Positions 63,670 to 64,000 of a DNA stretch of 64,000 nt are shown in pieces. A model generated the notes under the pieces. That model ran no database searches. It was not told the DNA's origin and worked only from the letters and a program-made list of their open reading frames with translations. Within the stretch, counting starts at the first letter, position 1; each line of letters starts with the position of its first letter. Location: assembly GCA_002189035.1 (NCBI GenBank), contig NEEC01000013.1:558001-622000 (forward strand). Direction: 5' to 3'. Both the position numbers and the translations under genes were made by a program. This DNA is from Utricularia gibba (Eukaryota; Plantae; Magnoliophyta).

Positions 63670-64000
63670 TCCCAATGACCACTTCCAGCAACATTAATGT
63701 GGGAAACTTCATTACAATCAAGCTCACAAGTACGAATTATCAATTATGGGGAAAAACGGTCATTGGTTTGGCTAACAACCAAGGTCTTTACAAGCACTTG
63801 ATAGGAGAGACAGTCATTAAAAGCCTTGATTCATTTCAACCAGGGAACCCATAACAAGATATATGAATGCAGGAGAAGGAGACATGGAAGCAATGGAGCC
63901 AGTGGTTGATCATTCTGACTCCTCCAGAGGCACTACCACTTCCTACTCCAAGAATCTGTCCATAATTTTAACTCCCCAACACACAAACATTTTCCTTATC
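63670..64000 (+). mobile_element. Copia (Ale-like) gag N-terminus, running off the window
   Basis: SNINVGNFITIKLTSTNYQLWGKTVIGLANNQGLYKHLIGE, resembling the KLTxxNYLLW gag motif. Confidence 0.7.

Noticed and set aside
1-64000. tRNA, rRNA, MIR156 precursor or organellar insertions
   Set aside because: None recognised. The miR157-complementary 20-mer lacks a pairing arm and lies in an SPL 3' UTR.

Overview
AT-rich plant (eudicot-like) nuclear DNA, mostly decayed and nested transposable elements, with only two recognisable host genes. One is a two-exon SPL3/4/5-type SBP-box gene (19998-20890, +) with a miR156/157 site in its 3' UTR. The other is an ERF12-like group VIII ERF repressor (55296-55681, -) whose C-terminal EAR motif is out of frame by one base. 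The most notable structure is an 8.0-kb hAT DNA transposon (9238-17240; 18-bp TIRs, 8-bp TSD, Ac-like subterminal repeats). Besides its decayed transposase, it carries a second spliced gene that fuses a Transposase_28-like TE domain and a coiled-coil segment to a complete plant NIF/FCP1-type HAD phosphatase domain. At least 12 copies of a palindromic motif are distributed through its non-coding DNA. Next to it lies a four-layer nest: LINE > solo LTR (TSD ATAAG) > MULE with convergent PMD and MURA genes (10-bp TSD) > two Athila LTRs. The remainder is Athila-like and Copia remnants and solo LTRs. All domain calls come from motif recognition by eye; no database searches were run.
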